Below, piece by piece: positions 1-9,510 of a DNA stretch of 64,000 nt. The translations under genes were made by a program, and so were the position numbers. This DNA is from Myxococcota bacterium (GTDB lineage: Bacteria; Myxococcota_A; UBA796; UBA2385): assembly GCA_044344255.1 (NCBI GenBank), contig JBIJDH010000016.1, positions 124,937-188,936 on the forward strand, given 5' to 3'. Below the pieces are notes generated by a model, which was given only the letters and a program-made list of their open reading frames with translations, ran no database searches and was not told the origin of the DNA. Numbering within the stretch: the stretch's first letter is position 1; each line of letters starts with the position of its first letter.

Positions 1-1
1 T

Positions 2-922
2 CCGGAGCCCGCTGCGATCGAGCGCGTCGTCGAGCGCGTCGTCGAGCGCCGCGTCGAGGTGCCGGTCGAGCGGGTGGTGGAGCGCGTGGTCGAGGTGCCG
101 GTCGAGCGGGTGGTGGAGCGTGTGGTAGAGCGTGTGGTGCGCGTGCCGGTCGAGCGGATCGTCTATCGGGACGCCCCCGGCGGTGGCGACGCGGTCTTCC
201 CTGCTGGGGCCGGCGGAGGTGTCGAGGCCGGGGCTCCGCTCGAGGGGCCGGCGATGGGGCCGGTCGACCTGGCGGCCCTCGATCGCGCCCTCGACAAGGC
301 GTCTCGGCCCGTCGTGCCGGAGCCCGAGGGGCCCCCGGCGTCGCCCCTGGCGGCGGGGGAGGCGACGCCCCCGGAGGAGGCCCCCTCGACCGATCCCGCC
401 CTCGACGCGGCGCGCCGCTCGCTCCGCCTCAAGGGGCAGGTGGCCGCGGGGACCACGATCGTCGGCGCGGGCCCGCTCGACAACCGCACCCTGCTCACCG
501 CCGGCCTCCGCCTGCAAGGCGCCAGCGCCTGGTCCCCCTTCGCGGGGCTCTACGCCGAGACCCGCATGCACCCGGGAGAGAGCCAGATGTACGTCGAGCC
601 TGGGCTCGTGGGCGAGCTCGGCCTGCTCTGGCAGGGCCGTCACGTCGGCTTCGACCTCGGCTGGGGCCTCGGGGTGGGCAGCTACCTCCGCCAGGACGAG
701 GCGAAGAAGGGGCCGATGATGGGGACCGGCCCGAAGGACACGGTCGCCGCCGACGCCCTGCACCGGGAGGTCGAGCTCTTGAACGGCCCCACCCTCGGCC
801 TCCGCCTCGGCGCCGACGGCCTCGCCCGCGTCGCCGCCCGCGCCCTGTCCACCGGCCCGGACGATCACAACGTCATGCTCACGGCCGGGGTCGAAATTCC
901 ACTCAAGAATTTTTCCAGGTAG
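2..922 (+). CDS. 5'-truncated protein with VERVVE/VPV repeats and beta-barrel-like C-terminus
   Basis: Frame is open from the window start (PEPAAIERVVERVVERRVEVPVER...); C-terminal alternating hydrophobic/Gly strands. Confidence 0.7.
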   Translation, partial: PEPAAIERVVERVVERRVEVPVERVVERVVEVPVERVVERVVERVVRVPVERIVYRDAPGGGDAVFPAGAGGGVEAGAPLEGPAMGPVDLAALDRALDKASRPVVPEPEGPPASPLAAGEATPPEEAPSTDPALDAARRSLRLKGQVAAGTTIVGAGPLDNRTLLTAGLRLQGASAWSPFAGLYAETRMHPGESQMYVEPGLVGELGLLWQGRHVGFDLGWGLGVGSYLRQDEAKKGPMMGTGPKDTVAADALHREVELLNGPTLGLRLGADGLARVAARALSTGPDDHNVMLTAGVEIPLKNFSR

Positions 923-958
923 TTTTCCAGATCGTGGTCCAGATTCTTGTCCAGGTCT
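911..958. repeat. four degenerate 12-bp tandem units with TCCAG core
   Basis: ttttccaggtag / ttttccagatcg / tggtccagattc / ttgtccaggtct. Confidence 0.6.
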
Positions 959-1095
959 GAGACCCCCGCCCGTTGATGTGGATGTGAGCACGCAGGGCGA
1001 CGGCGCCGCGGGCTCACCCCCAGCGCCCGATCCCATCGGCGCGCTCCGGTCCAACCCCGAGGTCTATCGACCTCTCCCCCCGTCGGAGGCACTCC

Positions 1096-1911
1096 ATGCG
1101 TCTGTCGCTCGTATCCCTGTCCCTGTTGACCGCTTGCTCTCTGTTCGGTGAGCAGGACGCCGAGACGGCCATCCTGATGACCGCCATCTCCGGTGAGGAG
1201 GAGTACAGCACCGCCCGCTCCGACGGCCCGCCCGATCCCTTCCGCCCCGAGCTCGGCCGCGAGTGCGACGCCAGCGGCGAGTTCGACCGTATCTTCGGCC
1301 TCTTCGATGAAGACTCCGACAAGGCCCTCAACCGGACCGAGCGCGGCGACGTGAAGGACGAGCTCGGCTCCATGGTGGGACAGGGTGGGGACAGCGAAGG
1401 CGGCGGGATGGGGCACCACGGCCAGGAGGGCGGCCCGCCGCCCCCGCTGATGGATCTGCTCACCCTCGTCTACGACCTCGATGATGACGGCGCCTTCAGC
1501 GAGAGCGAGCGGGCCACCATCTTGGATGACTTCACGGTGCGCTGCGAGTCGATCCAGGCGATGCTGCTCGAGAGCTTCGACGCCGACGGCGACGGCGCCC
1601 TCTCCGAGGCCGAGCTCGACACCGCCCGCGAGGCCCTCGACGCGCTCCGCGAGGAGCACGGCCACGACATGGACGGCGCCTGCCCCGAGGGTGAGGGCGG
1701 CGAAGGCGGCCACCGCGGGCCCCCGGAAGGCCCCCCCGAGGGCCTCTCCCCCCTGGCCCAGGAGTTCGACGCCGACGGCGACGGTGAGCTCTCGGACAGC
1801 GAGCACGAGACGCTCCGCAGCGTGATGCGCGAGCGGATCCGCACCGGCGCCCCGCCCTCCGAGGACGCTCCTCCCCCGATGCCGGGCGCCGAAGAGGCGA
1901 GCGAGGAGTAG
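1096..1911 (+). CDS. EF-hand Ca-binding lipoprotein
   Basis: GGAGG RBS; lipobox LTAC; loops DEDSDKALNRTE, DLDDDGAFSESE, DADGDGALSEAE, DADGDGELSDSE. Confidence 0.85.
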   Translation: MRLSLVSLSLLTACSLFGEQDAETAILMTAISGEEEYSTARSDGPPDPFRPELGRECDASGEFDRIFGLFDEDSDKALNRTERGDVKDELGSMVGQGGDSEGGGMGHHGQEGGPPPPLMDLLTLVYDLDDDGAFSESERATILDDFTVRCESIQAMLLESFDADGDGALSEAELDTAREALDALREEHGHDMDGACPEGEGGEGGHRGPPEGPPEGLSPLAQEFDADGDGELSDSEHETLRSVMRERIRTGAPPSEDAPPPMPGAEEASEE

Positions 1912-1942
1912 CGCGGCCGAGCTCAGCGGCGAACAGAAGCGA

Positions 1943-3559
1943 TCAGCGGGGGTCGGGCCGGGGTCGGGCGCGGCGGGAGAGGAGCGCGAGCCCGAGCCCT
2001 AGCCCGACGGTCGCCCAGCCGCGGGGCGGTGGCGCGCCGCTGCAGCCGCAGCCCGCCTTATCCGCGTCGTCGGCGGCGGCCCCCGGGGGCGGGTCGGCGG
2101 AGTCTTCCACCGGCCCGGGGCTGTCGGTCTCACCCGGCCCCGCGCCGCTGTCCGTCGGCTCCTCCTCGCCGCCCCCGGTGTCTGTGGCGCCGGTGTCTGC
2201 GTCGGCGAGGGCGTAGGTGAGCGTGAGCTCGTCGAGCTCCACCTGGCCGGTCGCGGTGAGGGTGAGGGCGTCGGCGGTCGCGAGCGGCGTCTCCAGGACG
2301 GGGCCGCCGTCCACCTGCGCGCGGAGCACGGCGCCGTCCCAGCGCAGCGAGAGGGTGAGCGCCTGTCCGGGGAGGGGCGCCGAGCGGGCGTGGGCGATCA
2401 CCTCGTCGTCCACCGCGTAGTCATAGGCGTTGAACCAGAGGTGATAGGTGTTGCCCTCGAGGTGGACGCTCGGGGCCTGGATATAACCGCTGCTCCAGTC
2501 GGCCCAGCCCTTGGACAGCACCGGCTCCGGCCAGTCGGCCCAGGTCTGGAGATCGGCGAGCTCTGCGACCGAATAGCAGAACACGTCGGCGCAATTCCAC
2601 CACTGCTCGACGCCGTAGACGGTCTCGACCATCCCGCCGCCCTGGAGGCGGGTCTCGTCCTCGGTGATCGCGCCGTGCTTCTCCCAGGTCCAGCCGTCTG
2701 CGCTCGTGGCGTAGCCGGTGGGCCCGTAGTGTTGTTCAGGGTCTGTGCCGTTGTAGAGCATGTGCCAGAGGCCGGCGCTGTCGAGCAGCACGTCTGGCAT
2801 CCGGAGGCTGCCGCTGTCGAACTCGCCGTCTGCGCCGCGGTCGAGCACCACCCCCTCCGGGCTCCACGCGTATCCATCGGCGCTCGTGGCGTGGCAGATG
2901 CGGTTGCCGACGTCGTTCTGGTAGCAGGCGTAATACATGTGCCAGACGCCGTCGGGGCCGACGGTGACGGTGGGCATGTGGACGTGGATGCCGTCGACGC
3001 TGCTGCGGTCGTAGTCGATCGTGAGCACCGGGTTGCCGGGATAATCTGTCCAGGTCACCCCGTCGGGGGAGGTGGCGAGGCCGATCTGCCGATAGGGATA
3101 GCCGCTGCCCATCTCGCCGGTCCAATAGAGGAGCCAGGTGGCGCTCGCCGCGTCATAGATCACCTCACAGTGCAGCGCGTTGGCCCCGTACCAGTAGACG
3201 GCGCCGGGCTCGATGGTGGGGGTGGTGTCGGGGATCAGTTCCCGATGCCCCTCCGGGAAGGGGATCGAGCGACCGCCGAGCGAGAGGCCGCCCCCTTCGA
3301 GATAGTCCGCCGCCCAGCGAGCGTCCCCCGCCTCGAGCCCCAGCGCCCCGGCGTCGGTCTTGGTGAGCCGGAGCTCGGCCTCGAAGCGGAGGAGCGGGCC
3401 GAGGGACAAGGTGGCGACGCCCTCCTCGACCACGAGCCGCCCCGCCTCGACCCGCCCGCCCGACCAGCGCCCGAGGTCGCTGTCGAAGGTGTCGGTGTAG
3501 ACGGTGTCAGCGGCGGCGGCGGAGCCAGCAAACAGGGCGAAGGCGAGGATCGGCTGCAT
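1943..3559 (-). CDS. secreted five-bladed beta-propeller glycoside hydrolase-like protein with MYXO-CTERM-like anchor
   Basis: Signal peptide; repeated blades (IGLATSPDGVTW, ICHATSADGYAW, TGYATSADGWTW); C-terminal GCGC + hydrophobic helix + RR. Confidence 0.75.
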   Translation of the reverse strand: MQPILAFALFAGSAAAADTVYTDTFDSDLGRWSGGRVEAGRLVVEEGVATLSLGPLLRFEAELRLTKTDAGALGLEAGDARWAADYLEGGGLSLGGRSIPFPEGHRELIPDTTPTIEPGAVYWYGANALHCEVIYDAASATWLLYWTGEMGSGYPYRQIGLATSPDGVTWTDYPGNPVLTIDYDRSSVDGIHVHMPTVTVGPDGVWHMYYACYQNDVGNRICHATSADGYAWSPEGVVLDRGADGEFDSGSLRMPDVLLDSAGLWHMLYNGTDPEQHYGPTGYATSADGWTWEKHGAITEDETRLQGGGMVETVYGVEQWWNCADVFCYSVAELADLQTWADWPEPVLSKGWADWSSGYIQAPSVHLEGNTYHLWFNAYDYAVDDEVIAHARSAPLPGQALTLSLRWDGAVLRAQVDGGPVLETPLATADALTLTATGQVELDELTLTYALADADTGATDTGGGEEEPTDSGAGPGETDSPGPVEDSADPPPGAAADDADKAGCGCSGAPPPRGWATVGLGLGLALLSRRARPRPDPR

Positions 3560-3627
3560 CCGAGGACGCTACCACGGTGGGCGCTGGGGCTCCGCCGCGG
3601 CCAGCCGCAGGGCCGCACCGCCGCCGC

Positions 3628-4491
3628 TCAGCCCCGCCGGTCGCGCATCAGGCCCTCTTGGGTGACGGAGGCGACGAGCTGGCCGTCGCGGGTGTAGAAG
3701 CGGCCGTGCACGAGGCCGCGGGCGCTCGAGGCCGAGGGGCTGTCGAGATCGTAGAGCAGCCACTCGTCGAAGCGGAAGGGGCGGTGGAACCACATCGCGT
3801 GGTCGAGGCTCGTCACCTGCATGCCGGGCGTGAGCCAGCTCACCCCGTGGGGGAGCATCGCCGTGGTGAGGAAGTTGAAGTCGGAGGCATACGCGAGCAG
3901 CGCGCGGTGCACGGCCGGATCGTCGGGCAGGGAGCCGTTGGCCCGGTACCAGAGCTGCCGGCGGGCCTCCATCTTCTTCGGGGAGAGGTGGTTGACCACC
4001 TGCACCGGGCGGATCTCGATCGGCCGGTCGGCCAGGGCCATCTTTCGGAAGAACTCGGGGATGCGGTCGGCGATGCGGTGGGCGAGCTCCTGCTCGGAGG
4101 CTAGGCCCTCCGGGGGCGGGACCTCGGGGCAGGCCGTGCCGTGATCGAAGCCGGGCTCCTCCCCCTGAAAAGAGGTGGCGAGGCTGAAGATGGGCTGCCC
4201 GCCTTGTACGGCCACCACCCGCCGCGTGGTGAAGCTGCCGCCGTCGCGGATGCGGTCGACCTCGAAGACGACGGGGCGGCTCGCGTCGCCCTGGCGCAAG
4301 AAGTAGGCGTGCATCGAGTGCACCACGCGGTCGGGCGGCACCGTCTGCGAGGCCGCCGACAGCGCCTGCCCGAGCACCTGGCCGCCGAAGATGGCGCCCC
4401 AGCCGAGATCCTGGCTCTGGCCCCGAAAGAGGTTCTCTTCGATTCGTTCGAGGCGGAGGAGCTGCAGGAGCTCGGAGAGGACGTCGCGCAT
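3628..4491 (-). CDS. tesB: acyl-CoA thioesterase II
   Basis: FGGQVLGQAL, HSMHAYF, AYASD, SLDHAMWFHRP, SVTQEG motifs. Confidence 0.95.
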   Translation of the reverse strand: MRDVLSELLQLLRLERIEENLFRGQSQDLGWGAIFGGQVLGQALSAASQTVPPDRVVHSMHAYFLRQGDASRPVVFEVDRIRDGGSFTTRRVVAVQGGQPIFSLATSFQGEEPGFDHGTACPEVPPPEGLASEQELAHRIADRIPEFFRKMALADRPIEIRPVQVVNHLSPKKMEARRQLWYRANGSLPDDPAVHRALLAYASDFNFLTTAMLPHGVSWLTPGMQVTSLDHAMWFHRPFRFDEWLLYDLDSPSASSARGLVHGRFYTRDGQLVASVTQEGLMRDRRG

Positions 4492-4537
4492 GGCCCGGCG
4501 GCTAACCCGGTGCCGCGCGCGGCGCAGAAGGCGGTGC

Positions 4538-5098
4538 CTACTGAGCAGCCGTCCAGGTCTCGGGTCGCCAGTCGGCGCTGTTGGTGACAGCAGGTGGCGC
4601 CGTGGTGACGGCCGAGCTCAAGACCTGAGCCACGCGCCCCGGGGCAGCGAAGCGGATCTGGTAGACGATGTCAGGGGCTGAGTTTTTGACTGCCCGATAG
4701 GCCCAAGGCTGACCCATGGCGTCGTCCAGCTTGTAAAAGGTGTAGCTGGAGGGGAGGCCGTCGAGGGATTGCTTGGGCCCGAACTTGATAGTCCCCACGG
4801 GGTTCCAGACGACGCCCTCCGGGAGGGGCGGCTTCGAGTCCTCTCCGATGATCGTGAGGATCGGCGTCACGTCAATCAGATCGTTTTCTTTCCAGAAGAG
4901 GTCCGCGTCGAAGCACGCTGTCGTCGCGTCCGAGCGGCGGTAGAAGAGCTCCTGAGCCCCGTCGTACTTTACCCTGACGAAGAGGCGGCCGGAGAATTTG
5001 TCGGAACGCAGCCACCAGGGGCCGTCCGAGAGCTGATTAATTGACAGGTCTGGGTGGGGTTCACCCTGGTGAGTATCAGAGGGATGGCGATGAGTCAT
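4538..5098 (-). CDS. hypothetical protein (lower GC), coupled to kinase
   Basis: ATG at 5098 overlaps the kinase TGA (ATGA); 186 aa open frame. Confidence 0.65.
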   Translation of the reverse strand: MTHRHPSDTHQGEPHPDLSINQLSDGPWWLRSDKFSGRLFVRVKYDGAQELFYRRSDATTACFDADLFWKENDLIDVTPILTIIGEDSKPPLPEGVVWNPVGTIKFGPKQSLDGLPSSYTFYKLDDAMGQPWAYRAVKNSAPDIVYQIRFAAPGRVAQVLSSAVTTAPPAVTNSADWRPETWTAAQ

Positions 5099-7959
5099 GA
5101 GTAGAGCTCCTCCACGCTGAAAATGTCCATTCGTTTGTCCGTGTGATGAGGTGGAACGGCGTTGAGGAGGTGGGCCTTCTCCTCTCGCCACAGCCGGGCC
5201 GCGAATGCGTCTCGCCGACTCCATGCTCCCAGGGCCTGCAAGCGAGTGCGAGTGCGATAGGGTGCCGTCTCGGACAGACGACCGGAGTGACTCTCGAAAG
5301 GCGGAACGTGCGACTCACCGATGAACAGTGCGAGCAGCGTTCCGTCCGGGCGGTTGCGTCGGGTGTACGCAGAGGCGGCGATTGCAGCGATGCGGCCAGA
5401 GGGGCCGCCCGCCCGCCATTGTACCGCGGCCTCGTTGAGGGCGATGAGGCCGAGCAGATCGTCATCCCCGAGGCGCTCAGCCGCGGCGACGAGCGCCTCG
5501 TCGGGCTCGGTGCTGAAGTCACGGCGATAGGCGACGGCTCGGATCACAGAGCGAGCGTAGCCCTCCAAGATGGGGGCGCGCAAGTCCGCGGACAGACAAG
5601 CTGCCTCTCTCGCGATCTCTTCCGCCTCGTCCCAGGCGAAGTCATCGAGCTCGGCGCGGGCGGCGCGCACGAGGGCGCTCGCGCGCTGGATCGGATCGAC
5701 GGCGAGGCGGGCGGCCTCTCGGTGAAAGGTCGCGGCGGCGGAGAACTCGGCGCGGGCGTTGGCGAGGTTGCCCCACCAGCCGCTCCTTCGTGAGCGGACA
5801 GAGAGGTCCGTGGTGGGTCGATCGACCTCCACTGCCCGGAGGAGGGCGAGGGCCGGCTCCATCCCCTCGGCCTGGACAGACTGGAGGCGGAGCGCGTCGC
5901 GACAGGAGTCGAGCCAGGGATCATCGAGGGAGGCGAGGTTCATCGTCTCGGCGGCGCCGAGGACCCTGCCGCGGGCGGCGCGGGCCATGTGGAGGAGGGG
6001 CAGGGTGGGGTGGCCCTCGGCGGAGAGGTCGGCGATGGCGGCGTTGAGCTGGGCGGGCGTGGGATCGGTGAGGGCGGCCTTGGCGAGGACCGTGGAGAGC
6101 CGCTCCCGGAGCGGGGGATCGGCGGCGACGGCGTCGCGGGCCTGGAGCAGGACCCCCACGGCGGCGGCGGCGCGCCCGTGGGCGAGGTGGACGCCGGCGA
6201 CGTGCTCGGCCTCCTCACAGATGGCCAGGGGCTCATCGACGGCGATGAGGAGGTCGAGCCGCCCGGGGGCGCCCTGGGGCATCCGATGGGCGAGCTCGGC
6301 GGCGGCGGTGGCGCGCTGATCGGGGCCCCAGTGGTCGCGGGGGGCCGACTCGGCGCGGAGGCGCCCGGCCGGGTCGCGGTGGAGGTGCCCCTGGGCCTCG
6401 AGGGCCTCGATCATCGCCTCGACCTCCCAGACCTCGGAGCCGGTGAGGTCGGAGAGGAGGCCGAGCTCGGCGCCCTCGGCGTGGAGGGCCAGCCACTCGA
6501 GGAGGTCGAGCAGCGGCGGCTCGAGGGCGCGCGCGGCGAGGTCGGCGAGCGGCGCGGGCTGGGCGCGCTCGGTGCGCAGGCGCTCGAGGTTCGGGCGGGG
6601 CAGGTGGAGCCGGCGGCCGTCCCAGCTCGCCTGGCCGAGGCCGACCCAGGCGCCGAGCTCGTCGACCACCCGCCGCGGGTTGCCGCCGCTGCGCCGATAG
6701 AGGAGCGCCGCCCCGTCGCTGGCCCCGTGGAGGAGGAGCTCGGGATCAGCGAAGAGGGGCTCGAGGTCGAGCTCGCGGAGGGGCTGGAGCAGCAGGGCGC
6801 CGCCGCCGAAGAGGGGATCGGGCCCCGCCCAGAGCACGGGGCCGACGTCGGTGAGGCGGCCAAGCAGGGCGCGGCTCCATCGATCGGCCTGATCGTCCAC
6901 CAGCACGGGCTCCCCGGCGGTGAGGCGCGCTCGGAGGGCGCGCTCGACGGCCTCCGGTCGCCCCGGCGGCACCAGGGCGGCGAGGGAGGCCCAGGGCCGA
7001 TCGGCGGCGGGGAGCACGCGGAGGCCGAGGATCGTGCCCGCCTCGCGGAGGACCCGGCTCCGACCGCTGCCCGGCCGGCCGATCGCGCCGAGGCTGCGGC
7101 CGGCGCGGGCCGCCTGGACGAGGTCCTCGATCGGCGCCCGGCTCCCGAGCCAGGGCACGTCGAGGCCGCTCACCGGAGCGCGGCCCTCCTCGAGGGCGTC
7201 GGCGGCCTCGCCGGCGGTGGCGGGGCGGTCGCCCGGGCGGTGGGAGAGCAGGGCGTCGACGAGGGCGATCACGGAGGCGGGGAGGTCAGGGCGCCGGCGG
7301 GCGACCGACGGCAGGGCCTCGCGGGCGCGGGCGGCGAGCATGGCGTGCAGCTCGGCCGGCTCTTGGGGGAGGAGGCCGGTGAGGGCCTCGTAGAGCATGA
7401 CGCCGACGCTGAAGAGGTCGGTGCGGGCGTCCACGCGGGCCCCGCTCGCCTGCTCGGGGGACAGGTAGCGGGGGGTGCCGACGACCGCCCGGCTGCGGGT
7501 GATGGTGGAGCCGAGCGCGCGGCCGCGGGCGAGGCCGAAGTCGAGCACGTAAGGCCGCCCCGACTCGTCTACGAGCACGTTGGCGGGCTTCAGATCGCGG
7601 TGGACCACCCCCTGGCGGTGCACGCGCTCAAGGGTGCGGAGCAAGGAGAGGGCGGTGGGGCGGAGCTGCTCCCAGGTGCAAGGGGCGGGCCGGCCAGGGA
7701 AGGGCTTGCCACGCACGAGATCGAGCACGAGCACGGGGGCACCGTCTTCGGTCCAGCGGTCTCGGAGCCGGACCACCCCCTCGCCGCCCACGAGCTCGAG
7801 GGCCCGCAGCTCCCGCTCGAAGCGCGTCCGATCTCTCGCCTCGAGGTGAATGAGCCGCTTGATCGCGACCTCTTCGCCGGTCTGCTGGTCGAGCGCGCAC
7901 CAGACCTCGCCAGACGCGCCGCGCCCGAGGAGGTGCAAGGGGAGATATCGGCCGCTCAT
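5095..7959 (-). CDS. Ser/Thr protein kinase with P-loop-like domain and helical/TPR-like C-terminus
   Basis: GRGASG, VAIK, HRDLKPAN, DFG, GTPRYLSPE; GRPGSGRS. Confidence 0.9.
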   Translation of the reverse strand: MSGRYLPLHLLGRGASGEVWCALDQQTGEEVAIKRLIHLEARDRTRFERELRALELVGGEGVVRLRDRWTEDGAPVLVLDLVRGKPFPGRPAPCTWEQLRPTALSLLRTLERVHRQGVVHRDLKPANVLVDESGRPYVLDFGLARGRALGSTITRSRAVVGTPRYLSPEQASGARVDARTDLFSVGVMLYEALTGLLPQEPAELHAMLAARAREALPSVARRRPDLPASVIALVDALLSHRPGDRPATAGEAADALEEGRAPVSGLDVPWLGSRAPIEDLVQAARAGRSLGAIGRPGSGRSRVLREAGTILGLRVLPAADRPWASLAALVPPGRPEAVERALRARLTAGEPVLVDDQADRWSRALLGRLTDVGPVLWAGPDPLFGGGALLLQPLRELDLEPLFADPELLLHGASDGAALLYRRSGGNPRRVVDELGAWVGLGQASWDGRRLHLPRPNLERLRTERAQPAPLADLAARALEPPLLDLLEWLALHAEGAELGLLSDLTGSEVWEVEAMIEALEAQGHLHRDPAGRLRAESAPRDHWGPDQRATAAAELAHRMPQGAPGRLDLLIAVDEPLAICEEAEHVAGVHLAHGRAAAAVGVLLQARDAVAADPPLRERLSTVLAKAALTDPTPAQLNAAIADLSAEGHPTLPLLHMARAARGRVLGAAETMNLASLDDPWLDSCRDALRLQSVQAEGMEPALALLRAVEVDRPTTDLSVRSRRSGWWGNLANARAEFSAAATFHREAARLAVDPIQRASALVRAARAELDDFAWDEAEEIAREAACLSADLRAPILEGYARSVIRAVAYRRDFSTEPDEALVAAAERLGDDDLLGLIALNEAAVQWRAGGPSGRIAAIAASAYTRRNRPDGTLLALFIGESHVPPFESHSGRLSETAPYRTRTRLQALGAWSRRDAFAARLWREEKAHLLNAVPPHHTDKRMDIFSVEELYS

Positions 7960-8082
7960 CCGCCGGATGCTCGCACAGGGGAGGGGGCGGGTCTACTCGA
8001 GGGGGCCGGTGGGCCGCCCCCGGCGGGCCTTGCCGCATCCGCAGGGACCGGTGAAGACCAACGAAAGAACGGGAGACCACGC

Positions 8083-8814
8083 ATGTCCGCCGAGCCGAGC
8101 GTCGCCAAGATCCTCTCCACGATCTCCTTCTTCGAGCCGCTCGACGCGGGCGAGGTCGAGCGCCTCGCGGCGGCGGGCCAACGTGTGACGGTGCCGGCCG
8201 GTGAGGTGATCTTCTCCGAGGGGGACGAGGGCGAGACGCTCTACGTGCTCCTCTCGGGCGCCGCGGAGGTCACCGCCTGGGGTGCCGACGGCGAGCAGAT
8301 CGTGGTGGCCACGGTCAGCGACGGTGACTTCTTCGGCGAGATCGCCCTCCTCGATGGCTGCCCGCGCTCGGCCACCGTCACCACCACTGACGCCTCCACC
8401 CTCTTCACCCTCGAGCGCGGCGAATTCCTCGGCGTGGTCGGCACCAACCCCGAGGCCCTGTCTCGGGTGCTGGTGGAGCTCGGTCAGCGCCTCCGCGAGA
8501 CGAACGAGCGGTACCTCCAGGCGGTGGCCCTGCGGCGGCACGCCGAGGACGGCACCGACGCCGGGCGCCTCCACGCTCACCTCGACGCCGCGGTCGGCCT
8601 CGGCCGCGCGATCGGCGCCCCCCTCGGCGTGGCCCGCTCCGCCTTGCAGATCGCCCAGCGCCGGCTCGGCGCGGTGCAGGCCGGCCTGAGCGACCCCGAG
8701 GACCGCCGCGCCCTCCAGGAGGTGCTCGGCACGCTGGGCATGGTCACGGAGAACCTCGATCAGGCCCGTCGGATCGCCGTGCGCATCGTAGACTCGGCCG
8801 ACGACGAGAGCTGA
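8083..8814 (+). CDS. cyclic nucleotide-binding protein with degenerate DHp-like tail
   Basis: ATG 8083 after GGGAG; IFSEGDEG, FFGEIALL, PRSATV. Confidence 0.85.
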   Translation: MSAEPSVAKILSTISFFEPLDAGEVERLAAAGQRVTVPAGEVIFSEGDEGETLYVLLSGAAEVTAWGADGEQIVVATVSDGDFFGEIALLDGCPRSATVTTTDASTLFTLERGEFLGVVGTNPEALSRVLVELGQRLRETNERYLQAVALRRHAEDGTDAGRLHAHLDAAVGLGRAIGAPLGVARSALQIAQRRLGAVQAGLSDPEDRRALQEVLGTLGMVTENLDQARRIAVRIVDSADDES

Positions 8815-8872
8815 CCCAGGCCGCTCGACCGGAGCGGCGGGCGCGGTAGCTTGGGGGCCCCTGGAGGTCTCC

Positions 8873-9430
8873 TTGGCTCAGCTCAAGTCGCTGCTCCCCC
8901 TCGCCGCCGCCGCGCTCGCCGGCGCCGCCCTCGCCGCCGCGGCGCCCATCTCCGCGATCCCGCTCCGCCAGCTCGACGAGAGCGCGCTGCCGGTCGAGGC
9001 GATCAAGGGCAAGGTGGCCCTCTTCGTCAACGTGGCCAGCCGCTGCGGCTACACGAAGCAGTACAAGGGCCTCGAGGCCCTCTACCAGAGTCACAAGGCG
9101 GCCGGCTTCACGATCGTGGGCGTGCCCTGCAACCAGTTCGGCGAGCAGGAGCCGGGCTCTGCGGCGGAGATCAAGACCTTCTGCTCCACCACCTACGGCG
9201 TGACCTTCCCCCTCCTCAGCAAGCAGGAGGTCAACGGCGCGGGCCGGAGCCCGCTCTACACCGCCCTCATCTCGAGCCCGGTGGGCGGGGGCGGTGACGT
9301 GGGCTGGAACTTCGAGAAGTTCCTGGTCGGCCGCGATGGCGCGGTGAAGGGCCGCTACAAGAGCTCGGTGACCCCCGAGGACCCCAAGCTCGCCGCCGAC
9401 ATCGCCCGCGAGCTGGCCGCGGCTCCCTGA
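8873..9430 (+). CDS. Cys-type glutathione peroxidase-family protein with signal peptide
   Basis: GGAGG + TTG start; NVASRCGYT, PCNQFGEQEPG, WNFEKFLV. Confidence 0.93.
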   Translation: MAQLKSLLPLAAAALAGAALAAAAPISAIPLRQLDESALPVEAIKGKVALFVNVASRCGYTKQYKGLEALYQSHKAAGFTIVGVPCNQFGEQEPGSAAEIKTFCSTTYGVTFPLLSKQEVNGAGRSPLYTALISSPVGGGGDVGWNFEKFLVGRDGAVKGRYKSSVTPEDPKLAADIARELAAAP

Positions 9431-9435
9431 TCGGC

Positions 9436-9458
9436 GCCCTCAGCGGCGTCCTGAGGGC
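9436..9458 (+). terminator. inverted repeat downstream of the peroxidase gene
   Basis: GCCCTCAG-N7-CTGAGGGC; no U-tract. Confidence 0.4.
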
Positions 9459-9510
9459 CGGGTCGGCGGCCCGCCCTGGCGGGGGCGGCCGGGCAGGGCT
9501 ACCCGCGCGC

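Noticed and set aside
5989..8082. N-terminal 698 aa of the 941-aa ORF
   Set aside because: Antisense to the kinase; the real gene begins at ATG 8083
8873..9430. Selenocysteine GPx
   Set aside because: Active-site codon is TGC, with no in-frame TGA
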